A stretch of DNA of 64,000 bases. Source: a virus. Positions 57,601 to 64,000 of this stretch are shown here, piece after piece; the first letter of the stretch is position 1, and each line of letters begins with the position of its first letter. Made by a program: the position numbers and the translations under genes. The stretch is taken from IMG/VR virus record IMGVR_UViG_3300046506_000220, positions 18,833 through 82,832 of that record; one strand, given 5' to 3'. The notes beneath the pieces are model-generated. The model did not search any database and was not told the origin of the DNA. It saw nothing but the letters and a program-made list of their open reading frames with translations.

Positions 57601-60600
57601 CGTTGACCGCGTCTGCCGGCTTGACCATGACGCTGAGTTTTGCGCTCATGCGACCTCCACAAGCTGGTCGCTGTGCCAGACGGGTTGATGGTTGCGGTAC
57701 GTCGAGCCGTTGGTGTTCTCACGCTCGATGTAGCCGGTGGCGCCCTCATTGACCATCCGGGTGGCCCAACGGATCGCGTTCTTTTCAGAGGCGAACTCGC
57801 GGACCCGGTAGGCGCCCTTTTTCGTGGTCATGCGGGCGCGATAGAGCGGTTTATGTCTGCCCATCAGATTCTCCTGTTGCAGTCACGATGACCATGCGTC
57901 CAGAAATGTTCACGGTGAACTTTCCCCTTACTCACTGCGCCCGCTCATCGCGTGCGTGTTGCGCGAACCCACGTGCGGATGGTTCGAGCTGCCGAGGGTG
58001 CGCATAGTCCACCGGCCGGTGGTGTCGGGCCAGTCCTCAATGAGCTTCGTGTACTGCTCCAGCATGTGCTGCGTGTAGATGCCCATAATGGCGTCGCCGC
58101 CCTTGTACACGATGGCCTTCACATCCGTGCGAACCATCGCGAACTCGGCAATCTGCAGACAGCTGCCGCGATGGAGCATGAAGCTGCCGACGGCGGGCTC
58201 ACTGTTGACGCGGCTGTTCCATGCGTTCGAGATAACCGTCGTCACCGGCATGCCGAAGTAATCGAGCAGCAGGTCGCGCCCGTCGGCGTTCACATCGCAC
58301 AGCAGGCGCATTGAGTGGTGACATGCTTCGCCCGTGAGCATGTTGATGCCGAACTGTTCGAGGTGACGCCAGCAATCCACGTGAATCGTTTCCATGACTG
58401 TTCTTCCGTTGTGATGAGACGGATTGATGGCCTTACCCGCCGCGTGCGGCTCGCGCTTTTTCTTCGAGTGCGAAATTGATGAGGTTCTGTGCCTGAACGT
58501 CCTGCCAGGCTGCGTCCTTCTCCTCGCACTCCTTCGTGAGCGTGCCGTACACGTCGGACGTGTTGTCGATCTCGGCCACGTTGCACAGGAACGCCATCTG
58601 GTGGACGATCAGGCGGATCGCTGCGTCGTCGCGCACTTCCTGCGTGCCCTTGTTCTCATTGCGGCACTGGTTGATGGCTCTCACGAGCGCACGGGCCACG
58701 CCGCTCAGGTTGCAGGCGCCGCCCTGGATGCCGATGGCGTCGTTGTGGCGGTTGGTGGCCGCGTAGTTCATGTCCTCGAGCGTGTTCTTCGGCCCGGTCC
58801 AGGCGCCCGCATCGTCAAACTGGCCGGGTGCCTCGCGCATGGCGCGAAAGGCGTCGCCGAGCAGTTCAGCCGTGGTATAGGACTCGCCGTTTTCCGCCGC
58901 GCCGACGATGTCGCGCACGCCGAGGACGAGGTCACGCACAGTGCTTTCGTGCCTGTTCATGGTGGTTCTCCAGAAGCAAAAAAAGCCCGCCTTCAGGGCG
59001 GGCCACACGCCAGCAGGCCGTTAGCAGTAGATCCAGTCCTTGTCGGTGCGCACATGCACGTCGACGCGGCCGGTGTAGTCGAGCCGGCAGGAGTCGATGC
59101 GTGCGCCCGTCTCGCACTCGAACTCCACGAGCAGCGCCTTGACCTTCATGCCGAGAAGCTGGCCGAGTGTCTTCAGCTCGCGTGCCGAGTACGGCGCTTT
59201 CCCGTCGTCGTTCGGCTTCTGGGCCGCGGCGGTGTCAGGCAGGTCGCTGAGATCGAGGTTGATCTCTTCGGGCGGTGCGGCCAGGGTTTCGTTGGCAGTG
59301 CTCATGGTCCTGATCCTCAAGAATGCGCGGTGGTGTCGCGCGTTGTGGTGGTTGAACTGCAGGGAACTACGGGAACTACGGTTTGACGTCGTACATCGGG
59401 TCGGCATACTTCTCGAAGTAGTGCGCGAAGCCCTCTTCGAGAATGGCCTGGTTGGTGGCATCGGCCAGAAACCACGCATTGGCAAGCGCCGTGGTGAAGT
59501 GCGAACCACAGCGCAGCATGTTGTCCGCACGGCGCAAACGCTCCTCACGCGAAAGTTCAGCGTGAACCTTTACATCGGACATGACGGACTCCTCAATGGT
59601 GGGACACATGCCGGCGCACCACGATGCGGGTGTCCAGATGGTCGAACCGGATAAGGGCCTCGCGCACGTGCTGCGCGGTGCAGGAGGGGTGATAGGTGAC
59701 CATTGCGAGCCAGCGGGTGCCGAGAAAGACATCCCAGTCGGTGTGCCGGGTATCGGCCACCGCAGGCTCGTGACGGACTACGGACAAGGCGTTACGGAGC
59801 ATCATGGTGTTACTCCTTTAAAGACAGGAACTGGCCAGCGCGACGGGTTTTTCAGACGTGACTGTCCTCCTCCAGTGGCAGGAAACATGAGGCGTCACTC
59901 ACCTGCTGCAGGACGTCGCGGATCTGGCGCACGTGGTGGCGGTTCGCGATGATCGCCGTGCACAGCTGCTGGAGCACCGCGTCCTCCTCCAGCGAGGGCG
60001 CGAGCCCGTCATGGTGGCGCTGCCACATCACGCGCAGACGGCTGAGCAGGCGCTGCGGGAGCGCGTGGCGCACCTCGTGCAGCGCCACCTCGCGCTGGGT
60101 GCCCGTGACCTTGCCATCGCACGAGCGGAACTGACGGAGTTCTCTCACAGGTCCCACTCCTTCGCGTCGTGCCAGGCCGCGAGGATCTGCGCGATGTCGT
60201 ACGCCTTTTCCAGCAGCGCCACGTGCACGATCGCATCGAGGTAACGGTCCAGTTCAGGCAGTGCGGCGCGCAGCTGCGCGTCATCGAGCGTCGCCGCGAT
60301 GAGGGTGGTGAGGCGCGCGGGCAGCGTGCCCAGCTCGTGCCGGTTCGCGTCGGCGGCGTTCGCGAACAGCGTGCCGTCGAGCGCGAGGAATGCGGAAAAA
60401 GGTTTCATGTGGTCTCGTCTCCCGTAAAGGTTCACCGTGAACTAGCGTGCCGCCTGGGCCAGGGTGAGGTTGATGGATTCCAGCGAGTGCATGACGGCCT
60501 GCGCGACGGGCATGAACAGCACCAGCGCGAGCGCGACCACCAGCACGCTGACGAGGGCGTGCGGAAAAAGCTCCTGCAGAAGGGTTTTCATCGTTGACTC

Positions 60601-61034
60601 ACGGGTTGGTGAATGGGTTGAGACAGGGGAGCGAACCGGTCAACCAGTCCGGACAGCGCGTGATGCAGCGTGTCGGCGATGTAGTCCTTGATCTGGTTGC
60701 GGGCGCGGCCGGTCACGCGGATCACGAAGCCATCGGAGAGCGAGGGCGTGACGATGACCTGGTGATGCGACCAGCCGTCATAACCACCGTGGCTGTTCAT
60801 GTGGTGAAAATCGGCGTTGAAAACCAGCCGGTTCGATCTGCACAGGTTTTCAATTAATGTGACGCCGTTATCAAAACCTGAACCGCATGGCAGGGCGTTG
60901 AGCAGGAATGCAAGACGTTCCCGGTAACGCGGCAGGTGTTGATCATGCGCAGGCGTGCCGGCTGGCGCGTTTTCACAGCGCCCGATCGCGGCCCGCAATT
61001 GCGCGAGGGCCGAATAAAGCGGAGTCGGAGACAT
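54638..61034 (-). other. Run of about 18 small co-oriented early/accessory hypothetical genes
   Basis: For example 54638-54895, 54892-55134, 55136-55384, 55432-55665, 55662-55880, 56285-56611, 56608-57273, 57416-57649, 57646-57864, 57928-58395, 58433-58960, 59021-59305, 59376-59582, 59593-59805, 59852-60157, 60145-60408 and 60588-61034. Most have an RBS and several are acidic. Confidence 0.65.
58978..59003 (-). terminator. Rho-independent terminator
   Basis: Minus strand GCCCGCC-CTGAA-GGCGGGC-T7. Confidence 0.8.
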
Positions 61035-61259
61035 GATTAAGGTCCGTGATGGTGAATGGAGCGGAATTCAGAGCCCACAGCGGGCTCCGGGCCAGTGGTG
61101 CATAGGGTGATAACCCCAGGGTTGAAAACAGCGTAAAGAGGCTTTAAAACGCGGCTGTGGTGGGAGCCGTAAAACGGTATGAAAACGCATTAAAACGGGT
61201 TAATGCGGTTTCAAAGGTTCACGTTGAACCATCAGGGTGACTCTCGGAGTATTCCGGGG

Positions 61260-61950
61260 GCCACGCAAGGGGGATCTATCTGATAGTCGGCGGGGTTTCC
61301 GGAAAAGGGGGTTCGGGAAAACGGGGCCAGGGACAATCATCGAGTCCGGAAATCAGCTCTTTAAACTTCTTTCATCTATCTGATAGATGAAATTTCCCTA
61401 ATAAAGGAATGGCGAGTTTATTTGTTGTCCCTTGTTTTTCTTTCTGAAGGGGAAGGGGAAAGGAAGAAAGAAGAAGAAATAGAAGGTAAAACTCCTTTTA
61501 AATCAACGCGTTACAGATTGACGTTGATGCAATGGTTGAGGTTTGACCGCGACGATGCCGGAAAACCTTTGTTGTCCCTGGCCCCAGTTTTCCCGGGACC
61601 TGATGGCCGGGAGCCGGGGATCTATCTGATAGTTGGCAGCGGTTCACCGTGACCATTCCGGCCTGACTGCCGGGACCGGTCTGATGGTCCGGAACGGCGG
61701 CTGGGGATCTATCTGATAGTTGGTGGGGGGTTCACCGTGAACATTCCGGCCTGACTGCCGACAGGTGGCGAACTATCAGATAGTCCGGCTGGAGCGGCGA
61801 AAAAACGGGAGCTGGCCAATTCTTACCATTTACTACTATTAAATCGATTTACTAATAGTAAATGGCGAAAAAACTGGAGCTGGAGCGGGCTCCGGCCAAT
61901 TTTAGTTACCATTTACTACTATTAAACTGATTTAATAATAGTAAATAGCT
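61260..61950. repeat. Repeat-rich non-coding control region
   Basis: CTATCWGATAG five times, a direct repeat of about 57 bp (about 61616 and 61703), two AT-rich 36-40 bp palindromes and a purine tract. Confidence 0.85.
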
Positions 61951-62044
61951 ATCGCCTACCAGTCCAGTAACGGCTGCGCGTTGCGCGGACCCGCGCCCGC
62001 CCCCGTACCGGGCCGGTGCCCGCGCCCGCCCCGTGCCACGGCCC

Positions 62045-62428
62045 TCAGCAGCCCCAGGCCTGTTTCAGGCGCGCGACCTGCGCCGCCAGTCCGGCGTCCG
62101 CGGTGGCCTTGTGTGGCGTTGTGGGCGGTTTTGTGGCGCTTTTCCGGGCCGGTTTCGGGTTTTGCCTCTGGCCCTTTTTCTGGCCGTGTTCCGGTCGCGG
62201 CGGCGCCTGGCCGTGGCCCCGGTCGAGCGCCACCAGCCAGCCTGGCCGCGGCAGCAGGCCGCGCGCGACGGCCGTGCGCACGTCCTCCACGGCGCGCGCC
62301 TGCTCCAGTTTCGCGTCGCGCGCGCCGCGCCGGGCGTCGGCCTGTAGCCGGTCGCGGTAGTCGAGCTGCGCCTCGACGCCGCGCGTGATGCGGCGCGAAT
62401 ACGCGCCAATGGTCGGATCGTGGCTCAT
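62045..62428 (-). CDS. Basic hypothetical protein
   Basis: AAAGGA RBS; Arg/Lys-rich. Confidence 0.5.
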   Translation of the reverse strand: MSHDPTIGAYSRRITRGVEAQLDYRDRLQADARRGARDAKLEQARAVEDVRTAVARGLLPRPGWLVALDRGHGQAPPRPEHGQKKGQRQNPKPARKSATKPPTTPHKATADAGLAAQVARLKQAWGC

Positions 62429-62783
62429 GGAGCTTTCCTTTGCCACCTGCCCGTCATCACCAGCACGAGCAGGACAGCAGAGGGCATCAGGCATACGGCG
62501 CTGAGTGCCAGGGTCATCATGGGGACCTCCTTTATTTCCGGAAAAGGTTCACGGTGAACCATGGGTCCGGAAACATTGAAAAAACGCGTTATAGCGCCCC
62601 GCCGCCGCGCCGAAGGTTCACCGTGAACCTTTGCCTGCGGCCTTTTCAGGCGCATGCGCGGGCACCGCGCGTGCCGGCGGTGCCAGGCGCGTTTTTGCGC
62701 GCCAGCGCGGGCAGCGCGCCCTTTATGGAGCGCGCGCACAGGCCGGCGCTTTTCAGCGCCGGCCGTTGCTACGGGTTAGCGGG

Positions 62784-63644
62784 TCAGACGACTTCGGCGA
62801 ATTTTTCGGCCGCGACCTGCTTACGCGACTTGCGCGCCTTTTTTCCTTCTTCAACCGGCAATGCTTCGATCGGTGCTTCGATCGGTGCTTCGATCGGTGC
62901 TTCGATCGGTGCTTCGATCGGTGCTTCGTCCGCGTTATCGCCCGTCCAGTCGATAGCCGCCTGCACGTCGGCAAGAATCGCAAGTGCAAGCGCTTTGCGT
63001 GCTACTGGCGTATGGCCCGCCAGTACCGCGCGGATGGTTTCCGCAAACGCGAGCGCATTCGACAGCGCAACCGTTGCTTCGTCGGCTGTGACGTCGCCCG
63101 CATTAGGGTCATCCCCTACCCCCTTGGGACCCTTGCCCGCGTCGCCCGCGTTCGATTCGTCGGGCGTGCTGTCGGGCGTGCTGGGAGCCTTTTTCTTGCC
63201 GGTCGAAAAGCCGAACGCGGTATACAGTTCCTCGCACGTCTGCGCACCGATGGACGGGCCAAAAAACCACCCCGCCACTAAATCGCGTGCGGCTTCGTCG
63301 GTTGCCGCGTCGCAAATCGCGCGAATCGGTGCGCCCTTGTCTTCGCCCTTCTTGCAAATCCCGACGGACTTTTCCGCATAGCGTTTGGCTGTCGGGAATG
63401 CCTTGTCAAACATCACTTTCTGCTGTGCCTGCCCGGCGGCCGCGTAGACTTCCGCGCCATTGCGCGCCTTTGCAATCCCTTCGGCCAGTTCGGCCGTAAA
63501 GGTTGCGGCATACCCGCGTTCGGCAAATCCGCCAACACGAAACACGGTTGCGACTACTGCGGCAATGGTGCGCACGGTTGCCGTTTCATTCAGCGCAACG
63601 GCGGACGAAGCAAACGCGACATATGAAACCTGATTTTCAGACAT
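62784..63644 (-). CDS. Hypothetical protein with (EAPI)n tail
   Basis: AAGGAG RBS; first gene of the minus-strand early region. Confidence 0.7.
   Translation of the reverse strand: MSENQVSYVAFASSAVALNETATVRTIAAVVATVFRVGGFAERGYAATFTAELAEGIAKARNGAEVYAAAGQAQQKVMFDKAFPTAKRYAEKSVGICKKGEDKGAPIRAICDAATDEAARDLVAGWFFGPSIGAQTCEELYTAFGFSTGKKKAPSTPDSTPDESNAGDAGKGPKGVGDDPNAGDVTADEATVALSNALAFAETIRAVLAGHTPVARKALALAILADVQAAIDWTGDNADEAPIEAPIEAPIEAPIEAPIEALPVEEGKKARKSRKQVAAEKFAEVV
62863..62928 (+). repeat. 12 bp tandem repeat TGCTTCGATCGG, about 5.5 copies
   Basis: In-frame repeat encoding EAPI on the minus strand. Confidence 0.95.
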
Positions 63645-64000
63645 TTTAAACTCCTTGATTAGTGCGCTATTCGCACTGATTTAGCTGGGTAAATGTTCAC
63701 CGTGAACATTTTCTAACCCGTTTGAAAATGTTCACCGTGAACATTTCCGGAAAGGTTCACGCGTGAACCGGATTGGCGCACGTTTCCCCCGTCCCCGTGG
63801 CCAGGGGTCCCGTATTTCTCGCCACGTAAACAGGATACCACCATTTTATTAGCCCGGAATGGCTGAGAAGGGAATGACCGTTAATCCCTCCAGTTTCAAA
63901 TTCGGGATTTTCAAACAGTGCTATCGTGTATATAACAAGATAGTGGGATTTTTATGGGATTTTTATGTTGTCCATACCCCTGTGCGGCCACCGGACGCCC

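Larger units (their letters stand above)
52352..63768. repeat. Dispersed palindrome GTTCAC-N-GTGAAC, about 13 copies
   Basis: Starts at 52352, 55416, 57908, 59555, 60430, 61217, 61642, 61730, 62547, 62616, 63695, 63730 and 63755 (0-1 mismatch or a 1 nt longer spacer). Confidence 0.9.
1..64000. mobile_element. Phage-plasmid (siphovirus-like tail and lysis genes, plasmid replicon, lytic replication genes), partial
   Basis: Lambda-like tail operon, lysis cassette, ParA/Rep_3/iterons and a PolA/SbcCD/helicase cluster all lie in one contiguous window with no host housekeeping genes. Confidence 0.9.

Noticed and set aside
61826-61946. Xer dif site
   Set aside because: Does not fit the 11-6-11 XerC/XerD arm consensus.
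52352-63768. GTTCAC-N-GTGAAC as a LexA box or canonical parS
   Set aside because: It does not match CTGT-N8-ACAG, GAAC-N4-GTTC or GTTC-N7-GTTC, and its spacing differs from parS. Kept as an unassigned site.
1-64000. tRNA, rRNA, integrase, capsid or terminase genes
   Set aside because: None recognised by eye. Head genes probably lie outside the window. A covariance-model scan was not possible.

Overview
This window is a 64 kb segment of a GC-rich temperate siphovirus-like phage-plasmid. The host is probably betaproteobacterial (inference from GC content and the H-NS and Rep types). Bases 1-23.5 kb (+) hold the tail and lysis genes: a tape measure protein with a lytic transglycosylase domain, lambda M/L/K/I/J-like tail tip genes, two tail-fibre modules, spanins, a GH108 endolysin and a holin. 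Bases 23.9-26.2 kb hold a plasmid replicon (ParA, RHH partner, iteron origin, Rep_3 initiator). Bases 26.5-32.3 kb (+) are small accessory genes, an H-NS-like gene and a RelBE-like pair. Bases 32.3-47.8 kb (-) are lytic replication and recombination genes (SbcCD-like, exonucleases, resolvase, family A polymerase, SNF2 helicase). Bases 48-64 kb (-) are an early/accessory region with ArdA, a second H-NS, PemIK, an orphan antitoxin, many small ORFs and a repeat-rich non-coding control region. The main candidate for an undescribed system is a four-gene tail module with its own putative promoter, in which a tail fibre ends in NCNCNCACT directly fused to a Hint autoprocessing domain and lies beside a radical SAM/SPASM maturase. 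Also notable are a TnpB-only element inserted silently in the L/K gene overlap, and about 13 copies of a GTTCAC-N-GTGAAC palindrome. All calls come from motif recognition by eye; no database searches were run.
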